IMG/VR virus record: IMGVR_UViG_3300042502_001710
Span: 12,966-76,965 of that record
Strand: one strand, 5' to 3'
Source: a virus
DNA: 64,000 bases
The position numbers and the translations under genes were made by a program. The notes under the pieces are model-generated. The model was not told the DNA's origin and searched no databases. It saw only the letters and a list, made by a program, of their open reading frames with translations. Shown here piece by piece: positions 40,018 through 49,792 of this stretch; position 1 is the stretch's first letter, and each line of letters begins with the position of its first letter.

Positions 40018-40857
40018 TTAATTAAGGTAAGTGGGTTTTACTAAATTAAGATAAAAAGATTTTACCTTATTCTTTAGTTCATTTATTGATTCATTGCTGT
40101 TTTCCATAACATGGACAAATGGGTAATCGTCAAGGGCTACTTCACTGGAATGATTATCTTTTGAGAAAACTTTCCTTGTTAGTCGCACCAGCGTTCCGCC
40201 AGCTTGCTCTATCGCTTTAACTTCACTTGGAAAACGAACATCTGCTATTATTGCCAACTGAGATTGTTCGTGTTGTATCTTTTTAAGGCATGCTTTAACC
40301 CAAATTGGCTCATACATCTTGCGCATCACATCTGTGCCCAAGTATTGCATAAACTCGCGAGCGGTCATGAAGCCTGACTTGTGGATGATCAGCCCCATAG
40401 ACAGAAAGTCTTCTTTAGCTGCTGGTGGACTGAGTCGGTTGAAGTCATCGATGTGTTTGTCGAAGAATTCCTCCGCGACTTCCGGAGTGACAACTCCGGG
40501 CATATTTTCCCAAAGTAAATGTTCTTGAATTTGATTTTTTTGATCATTGGTTCCCCAAACGCATTCATTTGGAATATCAAAAAGTTCTGTACACATCCAT
40601 TTTAGACTGTCCGCGAAACTATAAAGCTTAACGAATGGCCACATATTATTATCTGCCCATGCTACAAACGCTTTATCTTTACGTTCAATGCAGAATTCGC
40701 CCCAACCATCTACACCAGATGTCTTGATCAATAATTGACCAGTATCTCCAATTTCCCAATCTTTAATAAATCCCTGTTCCTTGAGAACAATGCCATGCAA
40801 GATGTTTGCAGTAGTGTTTTTGCCAGCTTGCTTGCGTCCAGAAATTCCTAGAATCAT
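40018..40857 (-). CDS. Deoxynucleoside monophosphate kinase
   Basis: GISGRKQAGK, FADSLK, REFMQYLGTD, DVRFPSE, HSSE. Confidence 0.85.
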   Translation of the reverse strand: MILGISGRKQAGKNTTANILHGIVLKEQGFIKDWEIGDTGQLLIKTSGVDGWGEFCIERKDKAFVAWADNNMWPFVKLYSFADSLKWMCTELFDIPNECVWGTNDQKNQIQEHLLWENMPGVVTPEVAEEFFDKHIDDFNRLSPPAAKEDFLSMGLIIHKSGFMTAREFMQYLGTDVMRKMYEPIWVKACLKKIQHEQSQLAIIADVRFPSEVKAIEQAGGTLVRLTRKVFSKDNHSSEVALDDYPFVHVMENSNESINELKNKVKSFYLNLVKPTYLN

Positions 40858-41909
40858 TGATAGTATCCTTTTAAGTCTTTTAAGATATTCGTTTTAACGG
40901 TTTTACTTTGTATAGAACCAATATCTTTAGCATTGATGTTTGGAAAAATTAATTTGAATAATCTGCCTAGGTCTCTGTTTATCTTTATTTTAGATTCTCT
41001 TCCAGCCTGATCATTGTCTGTCAACACGACGAGCGTCGTCACACCTGAATTCAATAACAAGCTTCTTTGTGTTCCGGATATATCTTTTCCAAATAATCCA
41101 ACACAATTGCGAACTCCACATTCCCACAGTCTCCAAACATCACCTTGACCTTCCACCAAAAACATTGAATTTGTATCTTGTGCAGAACTTATAGCATTGT
41201 CAAAATTGTATAAATAATCTGTTTTTCTTAACCCCTCGGAGAAGATGTATTTTGGTTGTATCCATTCTTTGGTTGCTCTAGCAATGAATCCAACGGCATG
41301 GGATTTGAAACGAATAGGAATGATTGCCCTGTGTCTAAAAATCCCTTGGCGATCTTTCGTTTCTTTAACCTCAAAGAATTTGAGCGTTTCTTCTTTAAAC
41401 CCTCTGGATAAGAAATAAGGAGACATGATCCCTGAGTCTCCCAACAAATCCTTGTTGAGCGACTTGGTGCAGCCCTCAGGGTTATTTTTAGATCTAGAGA
41501 TAGAACTAACAATTTTATTAAAGTCATTGTAACAGTCGTCTGCATCATATCCAGAAACAGTGTCGATAGTGATCTTATCGCTTTTTGCGTCGTAAAAATT
41601 ATACAATTTAGACGTGTATTTTAATACCTCTGAGAATGATTCTGTATCCAATAACCCTTTGATCAAACCAAAAATATCTGATTGAAAATGATCATGACAG
41701 CCACGGGTCCAACATTTCCACATCTGCTTGTTCAAAGAAATCGACAGTCCATTTTGATTGTCACTGCCTTCATGAATAGGACACCTCATAAAGATGTTAT
41801 CTCTATCCTGAGTATATTCCAACTTAAAACTGTCCAGAAGAATGAAGATATCGTTAAAAATTATATCTTTTACTTTAGAGAGATCAAGACGAGCATTTGT
41901 TGTCTTCAT
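40854..41909 (-). CDS. dnaG: DNA primase (CHC2 zinc finger plus TOPRIM)
   Basis: CPIH...CWTRGC, VEGQGD, DNDQAG. Confidence 0.85.
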   Translation of the reverse strand: MKTTNARLDLSKVKDIIFNDIFILLDSFKLEYTQDRDNIFMRCPIHEGSDNQNGLSISLNKQMWKCWTRGCHDHFQSDIFGLIKGLLDTESFSEVLKYTSKLYNFYDAKSDKITIDTVSGYDADDCYNDFNKIVSSISRSKNNPEGCTKSLNKDLLGDSGIMSPYFLSRGFKEETLKFFEVKETKDRQGIFRHRAIIPIRFKSHAVGFIARATKEWIQPKYIFSEGLRKTDYLYNFDNAISSAQDTNSMFLVEGQGDVWRLWECGVRNCVGLFGKDISGTQRSLLLNSGVTTLVVLTDNDQAGRESKIKINRDLGRLFKLIFPNINAKDIGSIQSKTVKTNILKDLKGYYQ

Positions 41910-41949
41910 ATAAATCGTGACCTTGTGTTAGCCATCAAGATGTAAATGA

Positions 41950-43014
41950 TCATAATTCCTCTACAGATTTATTGTCGTGTATTCTGTTGACCCTTATAAA
42001 CTTAGCGGTTTTACTAAAATCTTTAAGATTTGTTGCTCCTGTGTAAGAACAAGCACTGCGAATTCCACCTAAAATATCTCTGAGTGTCAAGAATACTGTG
42101 CCTTTATAGTCAACCGTTTTTACCCTGCCTTCACTAGCTTTGTAATCTTGAAGACCTTCTCCATGTTTTTCTTGAGATTTTTTTGAAGACATTCCATAAA
42201 ATGACATGCTTTTTCTTTCGCCGTTTTCATCGTATGTCCACTCACCGTCGCATTCCCATGTGCCAGCAAGCATTCCTCCCAACATAACAAAATCTGCTCC
42301 AGCAGCATAAGCCTTGGCTACATCTGCTGGGTAACGACAACCTCCATCAGCACATATCAAACCAAGTCTACCAACCTCGGAGCTTAATCCGTGAGCTACG
42401 TGTGAGCATTCTGCAATAGCAGATAGCTGAGGATATCCTACTCCAGCTTTTAATCTCGTTGTGCAAGCAGATCCGGGACCAATCCCAACCTTCACAATAT
42501 CAACTCCACCATGAAGAATAAGCTCTGAAACCATTTCTGGAGTGCAAATATTTCCAGCCATAATTATAGAGTCATTGAATTTTCTTCTTATCGAGGCACA
42601 CCGATCAATAAACTTCTCAGTGTATCCATTGGCTACATCTACGCAGATATTAGGAGAGTGCCCAAGAATATCTGTTATTTCACTGATTTTATCAGAATCA
42701 TCTTCCATGCCCACGCTAACCCAAACATTATTTTGGTTATTACGCATACTGTAGTATGACGCAACGGAAGATGCTTCATGATGTTTACTGAGACATGTTA
42801 AGCAATCATAAGCTGATAACGCTGTTCCCATAGCAAAGGTGCCAGTTGTGTCCATATTGGCAGCGACTATTGGTATTCCATTCCAATCTCTGTTTGAGTG
42901 ATAGAATTTGAATGTTCTTTTTAAATCAACATCTTTTCTGCTAGCAGCCTTTGATCTTTGTGGTACGAGTAATACATCATCAAAGTCTAACTTCACGTCA
43001 TTATCAATCTTCAT
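41950..43014 (-). CDS. guaC: GMP reductase
   Basis: KLDFDDVLL, ANMD, DVANGY, KVGIGPGSACTTR, GYPQLSA, SEG; start MKID. Confidence 0.9.
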   Translation of the reverse strand: MKIDNDVKLDFDDVLLVPQRSKAASRKDVDLKRTFKFYHSNRDWNGIPIVAANMDTTGTFAMGTALSAYDCLTCLSKHHEASSVASYYSMRNNQNNVWVSVGMEDDSDKISEITDILGHSPNICVDVANGYTEKFIDRCASIRRKFNDSIIMAGNICTPEMVSELILHGGVDIVKVGIGPGSACTTRLKAGVGYPQLSAIAECSHVAHGLSSEVGRLGLICADGGCRYPADVAKAYAAGADFVMLGGMLAGTWECDGEWTYDENGERKSMSFYGMSSKKSQEKHGEGLQDYKASEGRVKTVDYKGTVFLTLRDILGGIRSACSYTGATNLKDFSKTAKFIRVNRIHDNKSVEEL

Positions 43015-44455
43015 CTTCTTCCTCTGCGTCAAAAGGTAGATTCGAACCCTCAATAATACCTCCGTTTGGAGACATTCTCATTTCATTTCTAGTTCTTAGT
43101 TCTACAAGTTTGGCATGAGATCCTATCATATTCATATTGATATAATTACCGTCGATCAAACCAGCTCCATGACGAGCTTTTAATGTTACCAACTTACGAT
43201 TACCTGCATTCGGTCCATCCTCTGCAAGCTCCTCAACAGACTTGAGTTTAAATATGGAGAAAGATGTGCATAACCAAATGAGCCTATCAGAACCGCTCAC
43301 AGCGTCTGTAGACTCTTTTGTGATACCATCTCTGTTCAACTGAACAAAAGACAAGCATGGAAAATCATATTTGACAGCTAGGTTATGAAGGTCGGTTATC
43401 TGAAAACCAAGAGCTTGATATTCTTGTACATTGTTTTTGATAGATGTTGAAGACATTAACTTTAGGTAGTCACAAACGACCAAACAGTCTTTTGTCTTGC
43501 CTTTATCATCTTGACCCACACTTCTCAATATCCATCTCTTTATAATGTTCAAGAGTGCGTCAAACGGCATTCCGGCAACACTCGCATAAGTGTATGGAAT
43601 GCTTTTGATTTCTTCTTTAGCTTTTTTCACACGGATAAGCTTTTCATCATCTTCTGAGAATTTTCCTGTTGATATTTCTCCTATGTCAACTCCGCTGATA
43701 TTAGACAAAATTCTATTGAGATGATCCTCTTTAGACATTTCTGTGTCTAGCATCAAAACGGGGATGCCTTTGCGAGCGTTGTGTATAGCTACGTTGTCTG
43801 CAAAGACAGACTTACCAACTCCGGGACGAGCGGAGACTAAGTCTACGCATTTTCTACGTAGACCTCCTCCAACCACAGAGTCGAATCTCGGAAAACCGCT
43901 AGTCAATCCGATTTGGTCACATTTATTCTCTATGAGAAAATCAAGATATTCATCAATGTCGTCTCCGAGCATCTCGGGTTTTTTACCAGAGTCATCTCCT
44001 CGAAGAAAATCCATCAACGGCATTTCCACAAGACTAATGATTTCATCTATAGTCTCATCGCCATTGATAGATGAGATATCTTTGTCTATCTTGTTGGCTA
44101 TAAGCCTAGCCTTACGGGCAAATTCAAACTTTTTAACTTGAGCCGCAAAAATCAATACATTGGTTTGCTTGACTGGATAATCCATCAAGTCTCTGATGTA
44201 TTCTAGCTCTTGTTTTGTTTGTATTGCTTCTGATAGATTGAGTTGCTCTGCCGCAGACAGGATCGACGGGATATCAATAGCATTACTTTTTTCAAGTACT
44301 TTTTCGATACACTTGTAAATAACCTGATTGCTGCGATGAGCAAAGCTATTGTGTGTAATGAAATCGTTTATCTCGACGTATGAATCTAAACCGTAAGCAA
44401 AAAGCCCTGCTAACACAGCGCGTTCTGCTCCAATGTCAGAAAGTTGTGAATCCAT
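43004..44455 (-). CDS. dnaB: Replicative DNA helicase
   Basis: AERAVLA, ARPGVGKS, DTEM, DYLKLM, QLNR, KARHG. Confidence 0.92.
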   Translation of the reverse strand: MDSQLSDIGAERAVLAGLFAYGLDSYVEINDFITHNSFAHRSNQVIYKCIEKVLEKSNAIDIPSILSAAEQLNLSEAIQTKQELEYIRDLMDYPVKQTNVLIFAAQVKKFEFARKARLIANKIDKDISSINGDETIDEIISLVEMPLMDFLRGDDSGKKPEMLGDDIDEYLDFLIENKCDQIGLTSGFPRFDSVVGGGLRRKCVDLVSARPGVGKSVFADNVAIHNARKGIPVLMLDTEMSKEDHLNRILSNISGVDIGEISTGKFSEDDEKLIRVKKAKEEIKSIPYTYASVAGMPFDALLNIIKRWILRSVGQDDKGKTKDCLVVCDYLKLMSSTSIKNNVQEYQALGFQITDLHNLAVKYDFPCLSFVQLNRDGITKESTDAVSGSDRLIWLCTSFSIFKLKSVEELAEDGPNAGNRKLVTLKARHGAGLIDGNYINMNMIGSHAKLVELRTRNEMRMSPNGGIIEGSNLPFDAEEEDED

Positions 44456-44456
44456 T

Positions 44457-44870
44457 CTACTTTCCTGTGCATCTATTACATCGAACGAATTCTCCGTAAA
44501 CTAGGTTTGAATTTAATTCAATAGACCTTCCGCAAACGTGGCAATCAACAGATTGCTTCTTTGTTCTTTCACGGTTTCGAATGGCTTTGCCCATACGTTC
44601 AAATTTAGATGCATCAAAACTTGGATCACGATCTTCACCAGTGTCGCTCCACTGATTGTTCTTTGCTTTCACCTGAGTTTTCCTCTTATCTGAATAATTT
44701 TCACCACGAACAACAGTAAAATCCTCGTTCACTTGCACACGAGGTTTCACAGAAGAAACCACTTCTTCTTTATGAATAATAGGTATTGATTTAGACAACT
44801 CGCTTATAAGTTTAGCCTTTTGATCATCTGTCAAAGAGTCTAAAAACGCTTGCATAGATTCACTACTCAT
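44457..44870 (-). CDS. Hypothetical protein with C-terminal zinc ribbon
   Basis: CHVC...CNRC. Confidence 0.6.
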   Translation of the reverse strand: MSSESMQAFLDSLTDDQKAKLISELSKSIPIIHKEEVVSSVKPRVQVNEDFTVVRGENYSDKRKTQVKAKNNQWSDTGEDRDPSFDASKFERMGKAIRNRERTKKQSVDCHVCGRSIELNSNLVYGEFVRCNRCTGK

Positions 44871-45331
44871 CTTTTCTTTCCTTTTTCGATCAAGATATCT
44901 GCCTTGCGACGAATGTTATATTCTCTGTTTTTCACATTTTCAAGACGACCTTCTGCTGTCATTTTCCATTCATGGATTTTAAAAGCGACTTCATTGTCCC
45001 TTAGGATAGTGGCCACTTTTGTCTCATGCTTTGCGTACTGTTCCCATACGCCATTTTTCAAATCTTCTGCTATGATACTTTGCAGATTGTAATCACACCA
45101 TTTTACAACATTTTCACAATTAGCTCGCTCGTGAGATACATGATCAGCATATTGATATAATAAATATGCATAATTAAAACATTCATCTTGAATGAGTTTC
45201 TGCATTTGCTCAAGCGTAAAGGTTTCTGCGATAGCAAACTCTGCGTTGAACGGTGTGGGTGTGATGTTTTTTGCGGTTATATACGCATCTATGCCATCTA
45301 AAAAATGCCTTAATCTATCTGCTGCGTTCAA
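44867..45331 (-). CDS. Helical hypothetical protein (UvsY-like position)
   Basis: All-helical; lies between recA/nuclease and dnaB; function is a guess from context. Confidence 0.45.
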   Translation of the reverse strand: MNAADRLRHFLDGIDAYITAKNITPTPFNAEFAIAETFTLEQMQKLIQDECFNYAYLLYQYADHVSHERANCENVVKWCDYNLQSIIAEDLKNGVWEQYAKHETKVATILRDNEVAFKIHEWKMTAEGRLENVKNREYNIRRKADILIEKGKKR

Positions 45332-45731
45332 TTTTTTCTCTCCAATATTCTATGTTATCGTCCCAGCGTAACTCAATCAATTTGAACGAATTTATTTCAC
45401 ACCACTGTATCTTAGCGACATCTCTCGCCTTAGCTTGTAGATATTGCATTTTAGTTTTATGAAAAAATGGTACAAATTTAAAATGTTGCTCTCCATGAAC
45501 CTCTACTCCAACCTTACCATTGGGAATGAAGAAGTCAAGGTATAAAACGGATTTTTTTGAAGGATCTGTCGATCCCGGTAATTTAACCTCTTCATAAATA
45601 TTGTAGCCAGAAAACATTTCATGAAGCAGGACTCTGGCCATTTTATGGTAAACAGAACATCGATCTCTTGGTTTGGAGCATTTTTTAAGATCCAGAATAT
45701 ATTCTCTTTCGTTTAACCCAAAAACTTTCAT
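45315..45731 (-). CDS. Vsr/DUF559-like endonuclease
   Basis: 'LYLDFFIP...GVEVHGEQH...RDVAK..C..LIELR'. Confidence 0.7.
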   Translation of the reverse strand: MKVFGLNEREYILDLKKCSKPRDRCSVYHKMARVLLHEMFSGYNIYEEVKLPGSTDPSKKSVLYLDFFIPNGKVGVEVHGEQHFKFVPFFHKTKMQYLQAKARDVAKIQWCEINSFKLIELRWDDNIEYWREKIERSR

Positions 45732-46846
45732 AGCAATACTTCTCTGATGCTTTCATTTAGATAGTTTAATAAAGTTTCATTCTCATTCAAGAACGTTACC
45801 ACATTTTCTATCCCTTGAAATTTAAAGGCTTTGGTCACTTCTTCTTCTTTGGTTGAATCAATGCCGTTTGCTGTTAGCCAAGTCTTTATGATTGGATCTT
45901 CTGCCTTTTCTACAAACTTATTGATAGTATACCACGATCCTTTTAGGCTTATTATAGCGAACTCTGTGGCGATCTGAGCTATCTCTTGGCATTCGTCGAT
46001 TCCTACTCCATATCTAATCCAACTTTGAGCTGTGCTCATTGGACGACCACCAGCGGCGGAAGTCTTGATCTGCCAATTCGCCACTTGACCGACATGGTTT
46101 CCGGATTCCTTTGGAACTTCCCACTTTCCTCTGTGAGTAATAACCATATTTGTACCAGCCTGAAACTGAATCATATTTCCACAGTCAGCCATTTTTGCTG
46201 GAGCGTATTTAGATCCTCCAGTATTAGCAATATTATGAGTAACAAATATAGCTATAGCTTTCATTCTTGCCATGTCGCCACTGATTCTTTTGAAGAACAT
46301 TGACAGCAATCTAGGCAAAGCGTTGCGTACACCGCTTCTGATATCTCCGTCAATCTCATCCTGAGGAACCATGTTTGATGTCGAATCCACAATAACAACT
46401 AAGTTTTCTTCTTCTTTGATCAGTTGTTCCAAAATATTGAGGTATGTTTCAGCGGAAATAACAGGCTTGTCATCTGTAGCTTGAACTATCTGAATTTCTT
46501 CAATGTTCAGACCCTTGATGCCGTGAAAGTTTTCCTTTGTTAATCTACCCTCGGTATTTAAATAATAGATCCTTTTGCCTTCGGCTTGAGCCTTCGCCGC
46601 AAAATAAAGAGCGGTGGTTGTCTTTCCTGTCTTTGGATCTCCTGTCATGACCACGCACTGACCTTCACGGATTCCGCCACCCAAAGCTATGTCCAACGCT
46701 GGACCGATACTTATGGTTTTGTACGATTCTAATCTCTGTAGAACCTCGGTGCCAGATTGAATAATCTTTCCATATTTCTTGATTAGTGTTGCTACCATCT
46801 GATCCGAATCACTATCAGTTATCAATGTCTTCGACTTTTTCGCCAT
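45728..46846 (-). CDS. recA: RecA/UvsX-like recombinase
   Basis: LDIALGGG, Walker A GDPKTGKTT, IVDS, KGSWY. Confidence 0.88.
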   Translation of the reverse strand: MAKKSKTLITDSDSDQMVATLIKKYGKIIQSGTEVLQRLESYKTISIGPALDIALGGGIREGQCVVMTGDPKTGKTTTALYFAAKAQAEGKRIYYLNTEGRLTKENFHGIKGLNIEEIQIVQATDDKPVISAETYLNILEQLIKEEENLVVIVDSTSNMVPQDEIDGDIRSGVRNALPRLLSMFFKRISGDMARMKAIAIFVTHNIANTGGSKYAPAKMADCGNMIQFQAGTNMVITHRGKWEVPKESGNHVGQVANWQIKTSAAGGRPMSTAQSWIRYGVGIDECQEIAQIATEFAIISLKGSWYTINKFVEKAEDPIIKTWLTANGIDSTKEEEVTKAFKFQGIENVVTFLNENETLLNYLNESIREVLL

Positions 46847-47285
46847 TCTCGATGTTCCTCAATCTATTTAGAATATTTTTACCACCGTAACTAGATTTTC
46901 TTACCTTAGCGTCATTTTTAACTTCTATTTCTTGCTTCGGTTTAGCTTCCTGTTCATCTAATAGTAGCTGATATTTGTGGATTACCCCATTGACTTTCGG
47001 ATGATTTAAAGAAAATATTCCATAAAACTCAGATGAGTTGATAGCTTTGACAACAGCTTCTTCTGAGAATAACTTGATCAAGTTATTTGCAACGTAAAGC
47101 TGTTTTCTGAAGGTCCAATCCCACGGTTTTTTGTTCCAGAATTTATAAGGCAACGATCCTTCGTTTTTATTTTCTGAATTTTTTCGACACATTATTTCAG
47201 CAACATAAGCTGCACAAGTACAGTGATCACCTGTAGACTCGTGCTTATACTTGCTCTTGTCTGTTCTTTTTCTTTTTTCTATCAT
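46815..47285 (-). CDS. Hypothetical protein
   Basis: GAGGAGG RBS; coupled to recA. Confidence 0.6.
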   Translation of the reverse strand: MIEKRKRTDKSKYKHESTGDHCTCAAYVAEIMCRKNSENKNEGSLPYKFWNKKPWDWTFRKQLYVANNLIKLFSEEAVVKAINSSEFYGIFSLNHPKVNGVIHKYQLLLDEQEAKPKQEIEVKNDAKVRKSSYGGKNILNRLRNIENGEKVEDIDN

Positions 47286-47355
47286 CGTAAATCAATGCCT
47301 CCTCAAAACATTCTGTTTCTATCATCGTAAATCAATGCCTCCTCAAAACATTCTG
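47276..47355. repeat. Perfect 40-bp tandem duplication
   Basis: TTTCTATCATCGTAAATCAATGCCTCCTCAAAACATTCTG at 47276-47315 and 47316-47355. Confidence 0.95.
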
Positions 47356-47731
47356 ATAGATCGTCTTCGTACTCTTTGTCTAGGAGAAGCTCTGGGACTA
47401 CCCACATTTGCTTGTGGACATACCCATCGTCTTTCAGTAGACCCACAGTATAGAAATCTCTTGTTGGTCTTCCTATGGACCCCCACGCTGATCTAACCAA
47501 GTAGACAGCCTCTGGACTTCCAATGTCTATTATGCATTTCGTGGACCTGAATTGCAAGTGTAGATCTTTTATGAAGACTTCTTTTTTTTCACAATATTCT
47601 TTTACTAAAAACCAATGATCGTAATCTGAAAAGAAAAAATGCTCACCATCAGATGTCATGACTTTAATGAAAAGCTTATTGACATTCTTCTTGTCTGAAG
47701 AATAAAACTTTGCCCATTTTTCATCGTCCAT
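47303..47731 (-). CDS. Hypothetical protein; C-terminus altered by the duplication
   Basis: 142-aa ORF in the operon. Confidence 0.55.
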   Translation of the reverse strand: MDDEKWAKFYSSDKKNVNKLFIKVMTSDGEHFFFSDYDHWFLVKEYCEKKEVFIKDLHLQFRSTKCIIDIGSPEAVYLVRSAWGSIGRPTRDFYTVGLLKDDGYVHKQMWVVPELLLDKEYEDDLSECFEEALIYDDRNRMF

Positions 47732-48035
47732 TTTGTTCCCTAATTTTTGCTACGCAAGAAGCTCTTGAAATTTTCTTTGTTGATTGAGATCTTTTTGAGT
47801 CAGATAATTCTGATGCGTTTGGCGTCATCACCGTTGACCCCTTGTTGTTTCTTGCAAACTGCTGATAAAGCAATGTTTCAGCTTTTGTAGTTTCTTTGAT
47901 GACTATACTTTTTATATATCCTTCTATTGTAGACTTTGATCTGTCTAGATCTTTGCACAAAGAATCAATAGACATTTCTAAGTTATTGTCAACATAGAAC
48001 TTTTCTGCTTTGCCCAACGGTCCTTTTTTAGTCAT
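47721..48035 (-). CDS. Hypothetical protein, possible HTH
   Basis: 'SIDSLCKDLDRSKSTIEGYI'. Confidence 0.5.
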   Translation of the reverse strand: MTKKGPLGKAEKFYVDNNLEMSIDSLCKDLDRSKSTIEGYIKSIVIKETTKAETLLYQQFARNNKGSTVMTPNASELSDSKRSQSTKKISRASCVAKIREQNGR

Positions 48036-48369
48036 TTAAAAATCCTCTCTGAGCTTTTGTTAAATAAATAGTATTGTTTGTTTTCAAGTATGTTATGTAT
48101 AAATCAAAGGTGTTTTTAGAAACCCTTCTCATCATTGTGTCAAGCGTTCTTTCTCTTCTGCCGTATGGTCCATATGGATCGAAGAGTGCGCCTTGATGAA
48201 CTCTGATGAGATAACTTTCTCTTAGTTCTTCTCGGTCTAAGGTTCGTAGGATTTTTGCATGATGTGTAACTTTATCTGATTCTTTTTCTTCTATGATATT
48301 TCCAGTCTTGCTGAAAAGAACTGTAGAAGTTTCTTTACTTGGAATTGAATGACTGTCGATGTATTTCAA
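48028..48369 (-). CDS. Hypothetical protein
   Basis: Overlapping start/stop with neighbours. Confidence 0.55.
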   Translation of the reverse strand: MKYIDSHSIPSKETSTVLFSKTGNIIEEKESDKVTHHAKILRTLDREELRESYLIRVHQGALFDPYGPYGRRERTLDTMMRRVSKNTFDLYITYLKTNNTIYLTKAQRGFLND

Positions 48370-48740
48370 TTTTTCCCCTCCATTATGTATTTAGTTGTTT
48401 GGTCTGTTGACATTTTGTTTATTTCTTTGGGCGTAGCAGATCCGTACTTACTGTTTTTATACCAAGGTTGTGGCGCTTGAATTGTAGATTCTTTTTGCTT
48501 ATGCTTTGCTTCACTGATTTTAGTTTTATTTTTCTTGGCGTTTTTATCCGCCAATTGACCTATGGTATTTACGTTTTTCACAGAACCCTGAACGTTGTCA
48601 GCCTTAAAATCTCTGTATACATTCTTTGAATTGCAGACTGAGCATGAAACCTTTTTTGATTTGGCTTTATACTCTGCGACCCTGCATTCAATTTCAGTTG
48701 TTGCAGCACAATCTTCGCAACAAAAACTATATGTTGGCAT
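48366..48740 (-). CDS. FmdB-family zinc-ribbon protein
   Basis: MPTYSFCCEDC...CSVCNS. Confidence 0.75.
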   Translation of the reverse strand: MPTYSFCCEDCAATTEIECRVAEYKAKSKKVSCSVCNSKNVYRDFKADNVQGSVKNVNTIGQLADKNAKKNKTKISEAKHKQKESTIQAPQPWYKNSKYGSATPKEINKMSTDQTTKYIMEGKN

Positions 48741-48743
48741 AAA

Positions 48744-49433
48744 TTAATTCTCCAATGCTCTCAAAAATCTTCCTATGATTCCATTCCTTTGTATGTCTTC
48801 GTATCCAAGTTTACAGATTGCAATGCTATCGATATTTTCAAGCTTGTTGATGCATCTGGCCAAGCCGCTTTTACCCTTTAGGTCGTCTTGATTGATATCT
48901 CCATTGATAAGAACCTTAGAGTTTTTACCCATTCTTGACACGAACATCTTGATTTGATCTTCTGTGCAATTCTGAGCTTCATCCAATATCATGTATGCAT
49001 CATGAAATGTTGCTCCACGCATAACCTCAAGAGGTCTATATTGAATTTGTTTTTCATTGAGGTAATAACCATAGTAGGCTTGCCCTAGGAAAAACTTTAG
49101 ATTCTCTTCCATAGGCAAAAGATATGGTGCTATCTTTTCACTCATTTCTCCGGGCAATGCCCCTATGTCTTTTCCACTGCAAACAAGAGGTCTTGTTATG
49201 ATAACCTGCTTGGCCAATCCTGAGTGCAAATGTTCGGCTGCTATTCCAGCGGCGATAAAAGATTTGCCACAACCAGCAGGTCCAGAGCAAAAGATAATAT
49301 CATTCTCTACGATAGCTCTGATGTAATCTTTTTGATTGTCTGTTTTCGCTTCCAATGGTGTTATCTTGGGAGTTGATTTAGAAGTTACTTTCTTGGTGAC
49401 TACATTATCTTGTCTTCTTCTTCTTGTTGTCAT
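48744..49433 (-). CDS. phoH: PhoH-family ATPase
   Basis: GPAGCGKS, ITRP, GALPG, MRGATF, ILDEAQN, GDINQDD. Confidence 0.92.
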   Translation of the reverse strand: MTTRRRRQDNVVTKKVTSKSTPKITPLEAKTDNQKDYIRAIVENDIIFCSGPAGCGKSFIAAGIAAEHLHSGLAKQVIITRPLVCSGKDIGALPGEMSEKIAPYLLPMEENLKFFLGQAYYGYYLNEKQIQYRPLEVMRGATFHDAYMILDEAQNCTEDQIKMFVSRMGKNSKVLINGDINQDDLKGKSGLARCINKLENIDSIAICKLGYEDIQRNGIIGRFLRALEN

Positions 49434-49456
49434 TTGATAGCCTTTTATGAAAGATT

Positions 49457-49792
49457 TTAAATTACTTGTAATTCCTCTTTTACGAAAATTCCATCTATCA
49501 TCTTTCCTTTTCTATCTTTGATATCGTTCCAAGCAACGTCCAAGCAATGTGCTACAGAGAGATTGTTCCTTTCTGCTATGTTGATCAGTACGACCATCAT
49601 ATCTCCAATGTCGTCCGCAACACTCTTTCCTTTGCAAACGCTGTCAGAAAGCTCTCCAAGCTCTTGCAGTAGCTTCAACGTTTGATCTTTGTCTGTACTT
49701 CCTTTTATAAGGTTTCGGTCATAATGCCATTGTTTAATCTTTGAAATATAACATGGGACAGACCAATCTTTATTGTCTTCATCGATAATCAT
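49457..49792 (-). CDS. MazG-like nucleotide pyrophosphohydrolase
   Basis: KLLQELGEL, DDIGDMMVVL, AWNDIKDRKG. Confidence 0.75.
   Translation of the reverse strand: MIIDEDNKDWSVPCYISKIKQWHYDRNLIKGSTDKDQTLKLLQELGELSDSVCKGKSVADDIGDMMVVLINIAERNNLSVAHCLDVAWNDIKDRKGKMIDGIFVKEELQVI

Noticed and set aside
47276-47355. CRISPR array
   Set aside because: Two adjacent copies with no spacer and no cas operon
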